A DNA stretch of 64,000 bases from Oceanipulchritudo sp. (GCA_049975345.1 JBNGDP010000001.1:32907-96906); one strand, 5' to 3'; shown: positions 31,580-41,545, numbered from the stretch's first letter. Notes: generated from the sequence alone by a model not told the origin. Program-made: numbers and translations.

Positions 31580-32389
31580 ATGGGAGAAGAATATTTCATT
31601 CGCGGACCAGAGGAGGAGACCGCACGGGGTCCCTACGGAATCGATGAACTGCTGACCCTCGCGGAAGCGGGGCAGATCACGCCCGATCATTACTACTTTG
31701 ATCCGCGGATGGAAAGCTGGGCCCTCATCCATTCCAACGAACCGCTCAAGGAAAAGATTTTTCCCGAAAAGAAGAAGTTGAGCCTGCGCAAGAAGACCGA
31801 TGAGGAAGTCGTATCCCTCAACCGGGAGGATGTGGATACCGAACCGGTCAAGGTGGAGGAAATGCTGGCCGCGGCGGAAGGCCATACCGACGAGACGAAG
31901 CATGTCCGGACCAAGCGCCTCTGGCAGGAACGCACGGCCACCGTCTCCGTCCCCACCCTGGGTATGATGCTCCTGATCTCCGCCCTTTCGGTCCTGTATC
32001 CCAGCTGGGCCATCGTGGACGGCATCATCAATGACAAGGAGGGGGCCTGGCAGCTTCTGTTCCAGCAACCGGTCGTCCTCCTCGGGTCCCTTGACCTCAT
32101 CATGGGCGTGTTCCTTTTCCTGAACGCCACCGAGATTTTCCCCCTGATCCGCTTCCGCGCCATGCTGGGCGCCGGTTTCTTCTCGATCGTGTACCTTTCC
32201 CATTTTCTTGTCGGGGACCCCCAGGGCCTGTGGCTCTGCCTGGCCAATCTCGCCTTCGGCATCGGCCTGTACGTGTGTACCCTGACCCTGAACTTCACCC
32301 TGATGGCCAGCTCCGCCGCAATCGGCATCGCCGGCGCCCTCGGCATCGCCTGGTACAGCAATCTGGTGCCGCTGCTGTTCAATTCCTGA
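31580..32389 (+). CDS. GYF_2 (DUF4339) domain membrane protein
   Basis: N-terminal YFIR...ARGPYGIDELLTLAEAGQITPDHY...MESW, followed by about 5 TM helices. Confidence 0.65.
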   Translation: MGEEYFIRGPEEETARGPYGIDELLTLAEAGQITPDHYYFDPRMESWALIHSNEPLKEKIFPEKKKLSLRKKTDEEVVSLNREDVDTEPVKVEEMLAAAEGHTDETKHVRTKRLWQERTATVSVPTLGMMLLISALSVLYPSWAIVDGIINDKEGAWQLLFQQPVVLLGSLDLIMGVFLFLNATEIFPLIRFRAMLGAGFFSIVYLSHFLVGDPQGLWLCLANLAFGIGLYVCTLTLNFTLMASSAAIGIAGALGIAWYSNLVPLLFNS

Positions 32390-32408
32390 TTCACCCCGGC
32401 GCAGCGAA

Positions 32409-33875
32409 ATGGCCCCCGCGCCAAACAAGCCCCGAACGGACTCCCCGAAAAGCCGACGACAGCGGTTGAGGGAATTCCTCAGCAGGGGGATCTGGGAAGC
32501 CGGCCTTGGCGAGGAAACCAGCCTGAAGGGACAATGGGTCGCCTTTCTGCGGATCCTTTCCATTTCCTGGAGGGGACTGCTCGAAAACAGGCTCTTCAGC
32601 CGTGCCGCGGCATTGAGTTACTCCTCCCTCATCGCCCTTGGCCCGCTGGTGGCCATCGTGGTCTTCCTTTCGAGTTCCTTTGTGCGCACGGACGCGGAAA
32701 CACAGGTAAAACGGGCCCTGCTGTTTGTCGCGCCCTCCCTGCAGGAATTGATCACCCTGGAGGAGGTCCCGGGAGCCGGATCCGAGGAGGAGCGGATGGC
32801 CACCGCCCTCGACACCCTGATTTCCCAGATCGTCGAGGGAGCCCGGGAACTGTTGAGCCAGATCAACACGGCCGGCTCCAAGACTTTCGGGGCGATGGGG
32901 TTCCTCATCCTGATCTGGGTCGTGATCCAGTTACTGACCTCGATCGAGACCACCCTCAACCAGATCTGGGGCGTTCACCAGGGCAGGCCCTGGAGCCAGC
33001 GCATTGTCTTCTACTGGACCTTTGTCAGCCTGGGGGCCCTGCTCGGGTTGGGTTCCACCGCCCTGTTTTCCGCGTCGAATATCGCCGGCATGTTCGACTG
33101 GGTGCCCTTTGGCAGCGACATGAGCACAATGCTGCTCAACATCTCCCCACTTCTTTCCTTCTTCATGCTGGTCGTCCTGCTGGCCCTCTTCTACCGCTTC
33201 TTCCCCAACACCAGCGTGCGCCTGAAGCCGGCCTTCATCGGCAGCCTTCTCACCGCCAGCCTCCTGTTCCTGAACAATTATCTCAGCATCCTCTACGTTC
33301 ACCGGGTCATTTCCTTCCAGAGCCTTTACGGATCCGTGGGCATCATCCCGGTCCTCATGATCGGCCTGTACTTCTTCTGGGTCCTGATCCTTCTCGGCGG
33401 GCAGCTTACCTACGCCGTACAGAATGTCGACTTCCTTGCCAACCAGGCCGCCTGGGACCGCATCAGCCCGGGTGCCCGTGAGCTGCTGACCCTCTCCGCC
33501 TTTCTCCAGATCGCCCGCCGTTTCCATGCCTGTGAACCGGCTCCCACCATGAACGAGCTCAGCACCCGACTGCATGTTCCCGTCAACCTCGTCAATGAGG
33601 CCCTGCAGGTGCTGGAGGAACTCGACTGGATCACCCGGATCACCATCGAGGAAAGGCGCAGCGAATCCGAAAGTGTCGGCTTCCGCCCGGCCCGGCCGCT
33701 GGAGACCTACACCCTCTCGCGCTTCCGATCAGCGGTGGAGGAAACCGGCGACTCCACCATCCGGGCCAATCTCCAGCAAACCGATCCCCTTCTGGAAAAA
33801 TACCGCAAGGCGGCCCTGTGGCATGAGGAGGATTCCTTTTGCCAGACCCCGCTCGAGACGCTCCTGCAGGAGTGA
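32409..33875 (+). CDS. YihY/BrkB family inner-membrane protein with C-terminal winged-helix (Rrf2-like) domain
   Basis: RAAALSYSSLIALGP, IETTLNQIWGV, LYRFFPN, SLYGSVGIIPVLMIGLYFFWVLILLGGQL; soluble C-terminal tail. Confidence 0.88.
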   Translation: MAPAPNKPRTDSPKSRRQRLREFLSRGIWEAGLGEETSLKGQWVAFLRILSISWRGLLENRLFSRAAALSYSSLIALGPLVAIVVFLSSSFVRTDAETQVKRALLFVAPSLQELITLEEVPGAGSEEERMATALDTLISQIVEGARELLSQINTAGSKTFGAMGFLILIWVVIQLLTSIETTLNQIWGVHQGRPWSQRIVFYWTFVSLGALLGLGSTALFSASNIAGMFDWVPFGSDMSTMLLNISPLLSFFMLVVLLALFYRFFPNTSVRLKPAFIGSLLTASLLFLNNYLSILYVHRVISFQSLYGSVGIIPVLMIGLYFFWVLILLGGQLTYAVQNVDFLANQAAWDRISPGARELLTLSAFLQIARRFHACEPAPTMNELSTRLHVPVNLVNEALQVLEELDWITRITIEERRSESESVGFRPARPLETYTLSRFRSAVEETGDSTIRANLQQTDPLLEKYRKAALWHEEDSFCQTPLETLLQE

Positions 33876-33895
33876 AAGCCCTTTGCCGCGCAACC

Positions 33896-33923
33896 TTGAC
33901 AGGTCGTGCCGTCCCCCTAGCAT
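33896..33923 (+). promoter_or_regulatory. Putative sigma70 promoter for the SurA/PpiD-like gene
   Basis: TTGACA-N16-TAGCAT. Confidence 0.65.
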
Positions 33924-33947
33924 CGCCGGTTTTAATCCATCACCCGT

Positions 33948-35624
33948 ATGATTACCTGGTTACAGAATTTCTTTCTCAAGCACAACAAGTGGCTCTTCGG
34001 GGGCCTGCTGATCGTGATCATCGTGACCTTCGTCCTGACGATTGGTCCGCAGAGTTTCTTCGGCAGCAGCGGGGGCCAGCAGCGCCGGGCGCTGAACTAT
34101 TACGGCTACGACCTGAGTTCGGAATCGGACCAGCGGGCGATGGCCTTCACCGCGGAAATCAGCGCCATCCTGCACCCGGAGCTGCAGCTGCGGCGGGAAC
34201 AGTTGATGGACTACGCCTATCTCCGGGTGGCGGCCCTGGGCATCGCCAACCAGATCGGGGTTCCCCAGCCGACAAGGGAGGAGTTGGGTGATTACGTGGA
34301 AACGCTCATGATTTTCGCCAACCCGCAAACCGGGGAATTTTCCGCCGAATCCTACAACCGGATGATGGAGGCCCTGAAGAGCAACGCCCGCTTTGACGAG
34401 GAATCCATCGGGATGGTCATGCGCGAGGACTACCGCATCCAGAAGGTGCGCGACGCCCTGGCTGGTCCGGGCTACATGCTCCCCTTCGAGTTGAAGCAGG
34501 ATTACCTGAACCAGCAGACCGACTACACCGTGGTGCTGGCGGATTTCAGCTACGGGAGTTTCAACCCGGAAATCCCGGTCGAGGAGGATGACCTGCTCCA
34601 GTATTTCAACGAAAACCCCGCCCGTTATGAGATCGCGGAGACCCTTTCAGTGACCGCCCTGCTTTTCAAGGGGGAGAGTTATCTCAATGAAGTGCCGGCG
34701 CCGGCGGAGGCGGACCTGGAGGCCTGGTTCGCCCGCAACAAGGCGAAGTATGAGGCCAACCGGGAAAAGCCGGAAGGCGCGGAGGGGGAAGAGGCGGAGC
34801 TGCCGGAGCTGACCCTGGCCGATATCCGGGAACAGGTTGCCGCCGAGTGGAGGGAAGCGGAAGCGCGGAAGCTGGCGGCCAGGAAAGGGGAGCAGTTCAG
34901 CGTCCGCCTGTGGCAGGAGGGAATCCAGCTGGATTCCCCCGAATACCAGGCCCTGCTCGGGGAATTCCATGTCAAGAGCCGGGACCTCCCCCCTTATTCC
35001 CGCGATCAGCCGCCCGCCCAACCGGATGTGCCGGCCCAGTTGCTTGATTCCATGTGGGTCTACGCCACCAATCCCAATCGCTACTTCTCCGATATCACAC
35101 AAATTCCCGAGGGAGCCGTCATCCTGGTGAAACACGGCCTCACCGAGGCACGCATGCCGGAATTCGGGGAGGTCCGTGAACAGGTTGTCCAGGACTACAA
35201 GCTGGCGGAGAAACGGCGCCTCTTCGCCGAAAAAGGAAAGGAACTGCGCGAAACGATCCGCACCCGTCTCGAATCGCAATCCTTCAATGAGATCGCCGCT
35301 TCACTCGGCCTGGAGGTGCGGGATCCGCAATCCTTCAAAGGCGATGCCGTACCCCCTGAGCTCCGCAACTCAACGGTCTGGGACCAGGCGCGCTACCTTG
35401 AAACCGGTGGGCTCTCGCGAATGGTCATCCGGGACGATACCGGGACCTTCGCCTATCTGCAGGACAAATCGGTTCCCGAGATCGATAGCGAATCGGAGGA
35501 GTTCAAGGAGTTTGTCGCCCAGCGTACCGGATCGTTCAGCGCCGCTCTGGGATGGGCCCGCCTGCGGGAAATCACGGATACCAGCCTCAGCTCCCTGATG
35601 GGCCCGGCAGTGGCCCGGGAATAA
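33948..35624 (+). CDS. PpiD/SurA N-terminal-domain periplasmic chaperone
   Basis: MITWLQNFFLKHNKWLFGGLLIVIIVTFVL anchor typical of PpiD; helical body; degenerate rotamase_2 region. Confidence 0.7.
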   Translation: MITWLQNFFLKHNKWLFGGLLIVIIVTFVLTIGPQSFFGSSGGQQRRALNYYGYDLSSESDQRAMAFTAEISAILHPELQLRREQLMDYAYLRVAALGIANQIGVPQPTREELGDYVETLMIFANPQTGEFSAESYNRMMEALKSNARFDEESIGMVMREDYRIQKVRDALAGPGYMLPFELKQDYLNQQTDYTVVLADFSYGSFNPEIPVEEDDLLQYFNENPARYEIAETLSVTALLFKGESYLNEVPAPAEADLEAWFARNKAKYEANREKPEGAEGEEAELPELTLADIREQVAAEWREAEARKLAARKGEQFSVRLWQEGIQLDSPEYQALLGEFHVKSRDLPPYSRDQPPAQPDVPAQLLDSMWVYATNPNRYFSDITQIPEGAVILVKHGLTEARMPEFGEVREQVVQDYKLAEKRRLFAEKGKELRETIRTRLESQSFNEIAASLGLEVRDPQSFKGDAVPPELRNSTVWDQARYLETGGLSRMVIRDDTGTFAYLQDKSVPEIDSESEEFKEFVAQRTGSFSAALGWARLREITDTSLSSLMGPAVARE

Positions 35625-35633
35625 CCGGTCAGT

Positions 35634-36521
35634 TCAGGGCACCACCCGGTCCACCGGGATCTGGTGCCGGAACCAGGATCGCTGTTTGCGCATGAGCTGG
35701 TTGGTGTGGGTGTAGATCGCCTCCTCCAGGTCAGCCTCGGGAAGTTTGCCGTCCAGGAAGGCGAGAACCTCGCGGTAACCGATGGCACGGCAGGCGCTGG
35801 AATTGCGTTCAAACCCGCGGGCCCGGAGGGCGCGCACCTCGTCGACCAGGCCGGATTCCAGCATCCTGCGGACGCGGCGCCGGTTTCGTTCCCGCAGTTC
35901 GCCCGGCGGGCGCTCAATGAGCCGGACCTCCTTGGTCCAGTCCGGAAGGGGCACCGGCAGGGAAAGGAATTCCTCACGCAAGGCGCGCCAGGACCTGCCC
36001 GAGGCCCGGCAGCGGATCAACGCCTTCTCCACCCGCCGCGGATTGCGCAGGTCGAGTCCCTCGAAGGTCTCCCCCTCCGGATTCAATTCGCGCAGGGCCG
36101 CGACCAGGCCCTCCAACCCGCAGGCACGGCGAAGATCCGCCACTTCCCCGCCCAGCCCGGCGGGGATTTCCATCCCGTCGACCACCGGATGGAAGAAACT
36201 CCGCAGGTAAAATCCGCTTCCGCCGGCGACGATCACGGTTTTCCCGAGGGCGCGCTGCCCCTCGAGGATTCCGTCCCGGTAGCGGATGTAGCGGGAAACG
36301 GAATACGGCTCATCGGGTTCGGCCAGGTCGATTCCGAAGTGCGGAACCCGGGCCTGCTCCTCCCTTGTCGGCTTGGCTGTGCCGATATCCATCCCGCGGT
36401 AGACGCACAGGCTGTCGCAGCTGAGGATCACGGCCCCGCTCCTCTCCGCTTCAGCCAAGGCCGCTTCCGTCTTGCCGCAGGCGGTCGGTCCAACTAGGAA
36501 GATCAGATGCCCGTCTTTCAT
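35634..36521 (-). CDS. miaA: tRNA dimethylallyltransferase
   Basis: GPTACGKT, DSLCVYRGMDIGTAKP, GGSGFY, AIGYRE, RKQRSWFR. Confidence 0.95.
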   Translation of the reverse strand: MKDGHLIFLVGPTACGKTEAALAEAERSGAVILSCDSLCVYRGMDIGTAKPTREEQARVPHFGIDLAEPDEPYSVSRYIRYRDGILEGQRALGKTVIVAGGSGFYLRSFFHPVVDGMEIPAGLGGEVADLRRACGLEGLVAALRELNPEGETFEGLDLRNPRRVEKALIRCRASGRSWRALREEFLSLPVPLPDWTKEVRLIERPPGELRERNRRRVRRMLESGLVDEVRALRARGFERNSSACRAIGYREVLAFLDGKLPEADLEEAIYTHTNQLMRKQRSWFRHQIPVDRVVP

Positions 36522-36531
36522 CGTATCGTGA

Positions 36532-36581
36532 CCAAACTGTAACCGCCCGGTCACAGTTTGGACAGAATTTCCTGCTAATCT
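36532..36581 (+). promoter_or_regulatory. Pho-box-like direct repeats within a 30-bp dyad, plus an extended -10
   Basis: CTGTAAC(36537)-N4-CGGTCAC(36548)-N4-TGGACAG(36559, weak), then TGcTAATCT (36573-81). Dyad CCAAACTGT 36532-40 / ACAGTTTGG 36553-61. Confidence 0.55.
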
Positions 36582-36640
36582 TCAATCCATGCAATGCCGA
36601 TTGCAAGTGCGGATCCCAACCGGAACGTCGACTGAACGCT

Positions 36641-37783
36641 TTGAATTTCACACTGGTCACTGAAACCTTTCCGCCTGAAATCAACGGCGTCTCCATGACG
36701 CTGGGCCGTCTGGTCGACGGTCTCCGGTCCCGCGGCATCCGCGTGACGGTGATCGCCCCCCGGCGCCGCGACCGGGAGGAGGCCCAGGGAGGCCACACCC
36801 TGGTCCAGGTCAGGGGCCTGCCGATCCCCCGCTACCCGGAGCTGCGCTTTGGCCTTCCCTGCGCGCACCGGCTCAGGCGGCTCTGGAACCTGGATCCGCC
36901 GGATATCGTCCATGTCGCGACCGAGGGCCCGCTGGGCTGGAGCGCCCTTCGCGCCGCCCGCGCGCGGGGATTGCCCGTGGTCTCCAGTTTCCATACCAAC
37001 TTCCACAGTTATGGCAGCCACTACGGGTACGGATTCCTCCGCAAGCCCGTACTGAAGTGGTTGCGCCACTGCCACAACCGCACCCGCCTGACCTTCGCCC
37101 CCTCGGGGGACCTGATCCGGACCCTTGAGAGGGACGGCTTTGCCAACCTGCGCCTGTTTGCCCGGGGAGTGGACCTCGCCCTGTTCGGTCCCCATCGCCG
37201 CGATGAGGCCCTGCGGGGCTCGTGGGGAGCGCAGGCGGACACCCCGGTCGCCCTCCATGTGGGCCGCCTGGCCGGCGAGAAGAACCTCGAGCTGGTGGTG
37301 CGGGCATGGCAGCGCATGCGGGACCGCCTGCAGGACCTGAAACTGGTGCTGGTGGGGGACGGACCGGAACGGAGGCGTATCGAAAAGGCTTTTCCGGAGG
37401 TCATTTTCGCCGGGATGCAGCGCGGGGAGGCCCTTGCCGCCCATTACGCCAGCGCCGACTGCTTCCTCTTCGCCAGTGTCACGGAGACCTTCGGGAACGT
37501 GGTCACGGAAGCCATGGCCAGCGGGCTTCCCGTTCTGGCCTACGATTACGCCGCCCCGGGACGCTTCATCAAGTCCGGCACCAACGGAATGCTCGCCGAC
37601 TACAACGACTCCCGCGCCTTCATTGACCAGGCCATGGTCCTTGCCGGAAACCGCCAGGAATGGACCTCAATCGGATCAGCCGCCCGGGAAACCATGCGCC
37701 CGCACTCGTGGGACGCCATCATCGACCAGTATCTCAAAGAACTCCACTCGCTTCCGGAAATCCAAACCCTCCGTTCCACATGA
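36641..37783 (+). CDS. GT4 family glycosyltransferase (diacylglycerol glycosyltransferase-like)
   Basis: TTG start; VTETFPPEINGVS, HVATEGPLG, HVGRLAGEKN, TETFGNVVTEAMASGLPV. Confidence 0.88.
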   Translation: MNFTLVTETFPPEINGVSMTLGRLVDGLRSRGIRVTVIAPRRRDREEAQGGHTLVQVRGLPIPRYPELRFGLPCAHRLRRLWNLDPPDIVHVATEGPLGWSALRAARARGLPVVSSFHTNFHSYGSHYGYGFLRKPVLKWLRHCHNRTRLTFAPSGDLIRTLERDGFANLRLFARGVDLALFGPHRRDEALRGSWGAQADTPVALHVGRLAGEKNLELVVRAWQRMRDRLQDLKLVLVGDGPERRRIEKAFPEVIFAGMQRGEALAAHYASADCFLFASVTETFGNVVTEAMASGLPVLAYDYAAPGRFIKSGTNGMLADYNDSRAFIDQAMVLAGNRQEWTSIGSAARETMRPHSWDAIIDQYLKELHSLPEIQTLRST

Positions 37784-38652
37784 TCATGAAAATGCCGAAA
37801 AAACCCGTCCTCCGGTTCAAGACCCTGATCCTCTCGGATGTGCACCTCGGCGCACCCGACTGCCAGGTGGACAAGGTCAACCACCTGCTCAAGTACAGCG
37901 AATGCGATAGGCTGATCCTCAACGGCGACATCATCGACGGCTGGTCCCTCGGTCGCCGGGGGGGGTGGCAGCGGAAGCACACCCGCTTCATTCGCCTCGT
38001 GCTCAAGAAAATCGACAAGCGCAAGACGGAGGTCATCTACCTGCGGGGAAACCATGACGATATCCTCGACCGCTTCCTTCCGCTCCGCTTCGGCGGACTC
38101 AAGGTCGTCGACCGCTTCATCCATGAATCCGAACGCGGCCGCTACCTCGTCATCCATGGGGATGCCTTCGATGCGGTGACCCAGAACTCGAAACTCCTCG
38201 CCATCCTCGGGGACATCGGCTACCAGAGCCTGCTCCGGATCAACCGCCTCTACAACCGCTATCGCAGCTGGCGGGGCAAGGAATACTTCTCCCTCTCCAA
38301 GGCCATCAAGGCCCGGACAAAGTCCGTCGTCAACTACATCAGCCGCTTTGAGGACCAGATCGAGAATTTCACCCGTAAACACAACTGCACGGGCTTTATC
38401 TGCGGACATATCCATACCCCGGAAGACAAGTTCATCGGCGACATCCACTACCTCAATTCGGGAGACTGGATCGAGTCCAACACCGCCCTTGTCGAACACA
38501 TGGACGGGCGTTTCGAGATCCTCGGGTACGAGGAGTTCTGCCAGCGCCTGGAAAGCGTCCGTGCTCAGGCGAAGGAACGGCCGCAACCGCAACTCGACCG
38601 AGCGTTGGGGTTGCGGATCTCAAACCCCTTGCCGGTGAGTCCGTCATCGTAG
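37780..38652 (+). CDS. plcP: Metallophosphoesterase of the PlcP phospholipase C / UDP-2,3-diacylglucosamine hydrolase-like family
   Basis: LSDVHLG, LNGDIIDGW, YLRGNHD, VIHGDAFD, LGDIGY, CGHIH, YLNSGDWIESNTALVEH; ATGA overlap with the GT4 gene. Confidence 0.75.
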   Translation: MIMKMPKKPVLRFKTLILSDVHLGAPDCQVDKVNHLLKYSECDRLILNGDIIDGWSLGRRGGWQRKHTRFIRLVLKKIDKRKTEVIYLRGNHDDILDRFLPLRFGGLKVVDRFIHESERGRYLVIHGDAFDAVTQNSKLLAILGDIGYQSLLRINRLYNRYRSWRGKEYFSLSKAIKARTKSVVNYISRFEDQIENFTRKHNCTGFICGHIHTPEDKFIGDIHYLNSGDWIESNTALVEHMDGRFEILGYEEFCQRLESVRAQAKERPQPQLDRALGLRISNPLPVSPSS

Positions 38653-38882
38653 TCGATCTCGGAGCCATCCAGCAACGCCTGGCTTTTCCTGTCCACAAGG
38701 TAATCCAATCCATCCTGGCTGAACGGTTCATCCCCCTTGGAAGGCTCCGCGAACTCCATGGCGTATTCCATCCCGGAACACCCACCCGACTTGATGGAAA
38801 TCCGCAGCAGCTGGCCCGGGCCGGCCCGTTCCCGCGCCAGATCCCGCACTGCCTGAATGGCTCTTTGTGTAAGGGTAATCAT
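38565..38882 (-). CDS. A-type Fe-S cluster carrier (IscA/ErpA/HesB)
   Basis: GGCSGMEY, LDGSEIDY, NPNARSSCGCGRSF. Confidence 0.93.
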   Translation of the reverse strand: MITLTQRAIQAVRDLARERAGPGQLLRISIKSGGCSGMEYAMEFAEPSKGDEPFSQDGLDYLVDRKSQALLDGSEIDYDDGLTGKGFEIRNPNARSSCGCGRSFA

Positions 38883-38892
38883 GCCATCCGCA

Positions 38893-38920
38893 GGGGTACG
38901 CGGATCCAGGAAAGTGTCAA
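38893..38920 (-). promoter_or_regulatory. Putative sigma70 promoter for the IscA-like gene
   Basis: Minus strand TTGACA-N16-TACCCC. Confidence 0.45.
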
Positions 38921-39014
38921 TCGCGGGCGTCGGTTTTTGGCCCTGAAGCAAAAATCGTGCTCATTTTGGAAACTACTCTTGCAACCGCCCCCCTTGATCG
39001 CTCAGAAGTGTGGC

Positions 39015-40019
39015 GTGCGCCCAGTAAAGATATTTTCCGGCCAGGTAATCTATGAGCTGCTCCGCCCGATCGCCCAGGGGGGGATGGGGTGTGTCTACGA
39101 GGCCCTCCAGGAGGGAACCGAAGGTTTCAAGAAGCGGGTCGCGATCAAGATCATCCGGCAGGAGTACTCGAGCCTGCCCCAGTTCCGGAAAAATTTCATC
39201 GGGGAGGCCCGCCTGGTGGCCGACCTGATCCACGCCAACATCGTCCAGACCTACCATCTCGGCCATGCGAACCGGCAATACTACATGGTGATGGAGTACG
39301 TGCACGGGGTGAACCTGGAGCAGTTTGAGCTTCAGCACAGGGCCCTCAGGCAGGAAATCCCCTGCGAACTGGCGGCCTTTGTGATCTCACGCATTACGCG
39401 GGCCCTCGCCTACGCGCACATCCATCGAAGCCCCGAGGGCAAGCCGCTCGGTATCGTCCACCGGGATGTCAGCCCGAAAAACATCATGCTTTCCTATGCC
39501 GGGGATGTGAAACTGACCGACTTCGGCATCGCGAAGGCCTTCAACCTCATGTACAGCAAGGAGGGGGAGATCATTGCCGGACGAAGCGATTACCTCTCCC
39601 CGGAACAGGCCCGGCTTGAGGTCACCGATCCACGCGCCGACCTGTTTTCCTGCGGCGTCGTCCTCGCGGAGATGATCCTCGGATACAATCCCTTCCTCGC
39701 TGATACCGCGGAGGGCTCCCGCGACAATATCTGCCGGATGGAACTGCCCGAATTCCTCGAAATGCGTCCCGATGCGGGCGGCCCCCTCGTGAAAATCCTG
39801 CACCGCGCGCTGGAGCGGGACCGCGACAAGCGCTATCAACGGGCCGTCGACCTGATGGTGGACCTTGAAAGGGACCTGTATTCCAAGGGATACGGACCGA
39901 CCAACGAAAAGCTGGCCTCCTACCTGCGAGGCCTTTACAAGAACGGGCAGGCATACGAGGACGACCTCTCCGAGCAACCGGTCAGCTTCGCCCTGAATCC
40001 CGATCACTCCAAAAAGTAG
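39015..40019 (+). CDS. Hanks-type Ser/Thr protein kinase, cytoplasmic, kinase domain only
   Basis: IAQGGMGCVY, VAIK, HRDVSPKN, DFGIAKA, YLSPEQ, DLFSCG; no TM segment; GTG start uncertain. Confidence 0.92.
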   Translation: MRPVKIFSGQVIYELLRPIAQGGMGCVYEALQEGTEGFKKRVAIKIIRQEYSSLPQFRKNFIGEARLVADLIHANIVQTYHLGHANRQYYMVMEYVHGVNLEQFELQHRALRQEIPCELAAFVISRITRALAYAHIHRSPEGKPLGIVHRDVSPKNIMLSYAGDVKLTDFGIAKAFNLMYSKEGEIIAGRSDYLSPEQARLEVTDPRADLFSCGVVLAEMILGYNPFLADTAEGSRDNICRMELPEFLEMRPDAGGPLVKILHRALERDRDKRYQRAVDLMVDLERDLYSKGYGPTNEKLASYLRGLYKNGQAYEDDLSEQPVSFALNPDHSKK

Positions 40020-40033
40020 GTTAGGTCAGGGGC

Positions 40034-41545
40034 ATGCCCAGGCAGGGGTTCCAGCAGGTTCAGAAGCAGACCCAGGCAATGGTCCTGGCGCCGCAGCTCC
40101 GGCAGTCCCTGAAAATCCTGCAGGTGCCGGCCATGGAGCTCCGGACCGCCATCCTGGAGGAGCTCCAGGCCAACCCGACACTGGAAGAGCTCCCCTACGA
40201 GGAAATTTCCATCGAGGTGGACGGGAATATATCCACCCATTCAAAGGACGGGGAGGATTCGCCGGCAAGCGACGAACCGGACCACACGGACGAGAGCCCG
40301 CCCGAAGCGGCCAGCGAATCCGGTGAACGGCTGGATTTTTCGGATGAATACAAGGTCCTGGACCGCATGGGGGAAGACTGGCAGGGCTACCTCCACGAGG
40401 AAGCCGGAGAGATTCCCTACACCACGGAGGATGCCCGCAAACGGCAGCATTTCTTTGACTCCCTGACCACCGATCCGTCCTTTCAGGAGGACCTGCTGGA
40501 GCAGGCCCGGCTCATCGAGGAGGATCCCAGGGTGGTGGAGGCCCTGGAGTATGTTCTCGGGAGTATGGATGACAACGGATTCCTGACTTCCTCGCCACAG
40601 GACCTCTCCCTGATGTCGCAACTGCCCCTGGCCAAGATCCAGAAGGCGGTCGAGCTGCTCCAGGGGCTCGATCCGCCGGGACTGGGCGCCCGCGACACCC
40701 GGGAGTGCCTGCTTCTCCAACTCAAGCGACTGGGCAGGGAGGACAGCCTTGCGGCAAGGATTATCCGGAAGCAATGGAAGCAGCTTTTGCGGCGCCGGAT
40801 ACCGGAGATCGCCCGGGCCTTGCGGGCAAAGCCGGTGGAAGTGGAGGAAGCGATCAAGGAAATCGGGAACCTGGATCCGGCCCCCGCGCGGCGCTTTGCC
40901 GGGGACAACAACCAGGTCGTCGAGGCCGATGTGACCGTTGAAAAGGACGAGGAGGGGGAATGGCAGGTCATTCTCAACAACGAGTACATCCCGCGGCTGC
41001 GGATCAGCCCCGATTACAAGGAGATCCTCGCCAAGGGCCGCGTGCAGGGGAAGGACAGGGAGTACCTCCAGAACATGTTCCGCAGCGGGCGCTTTCTCAT
41101 CAATGCGATCGAGCAGCGGCAACAGACGATCGAGCGGATCACGCGCAAGCTGCTGGAGTTCCAGTCCGGATTCTTTGAAAAGGGCCGGGCCCAGCTGCGG
41201 CCGTTGACGATGAACCAGGTGGCGGAAAGCGTGGGCGTGCACGAGACCACCGTGTCCCGTGCCATCGCCAACAAGTATATCCGCACCCCGCACGGCCTTT
41301 TTGAAATGAAGTTCTTCTTTACCCCCGGCTATCACGGGGCGGACGGACGGGAGGTGTCCAACAAGTCGATCAAGGACCGCATCGCCCGGATCATTGAGAA
41401 CGAGTCGCCGCGCAAACCGCTCAGCGACCAGAAGATTGTCGGAATTCTCCAGTCTGAGGGAATCACCATTGCCCGCCGCACGGTGGCGAAATACCGGGAA
41501 GAGCTGGGCATTCTTCCCACCAACCTGAGGCGCCAGTATGGCTGA
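40034..41545 (+). CDS. rpoN: RNA polymerase sigma-54 factor
   Basis: Gln/Leu-rich region I (LAPQLRQSLKILQ), HETTVSRA, RpoN box ARRTVAKYRE. Confidence 0.97.
   Translation: MPRQGFQQVQKQTQAMVLAPQLRQSLKILQVPAMELRTAILEELQANPTLEELPYEEISIEVDGNISTHSKDGEDSPASDEPDHTDESPPEAASESGERLDFSDEYKVLDRMGEDWQGYLHEEAGEIPYTTEDARKRQHFFDSLTTDPSFQEDLLEQARLIEEDPRVVEALEYVLGSMDDNGFLTSSPQDLSLMSQLPLAKIQKAVELLQGLDPPGLGARDTRECLLLQLKRLGREDSLAARIIRKQWKQLLRRRIPEIARALRAKPVEVEEAIKEIGNLDPAPARRFAGDNNQVVEADVTVEKDEEGEWQVILNNEYIPRLRISPDYKEILAKGRVQGKDREYLQNMFRSGRFLINAIEQRQQTIERITRKLLEFQSGFFEKGRAQLRPLTMNQVAESVGVHETTVSRAIANKYIRTPHGLFEMKFFFTPGYHGADGREVSNKSIKDRIARIIENESPRKPLSDQKIVGILQSEGITIARRTVAKYREELGILPTNLRRQYG

Noticed and set aside
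33100-34950. Possible fourth skew flip around the 33.9-kb promoter
   Set aside because: Confounded by protein composition (TM helices on the left, Glu/Gly-rich linker on the right); needs 4-fold-site analysis.
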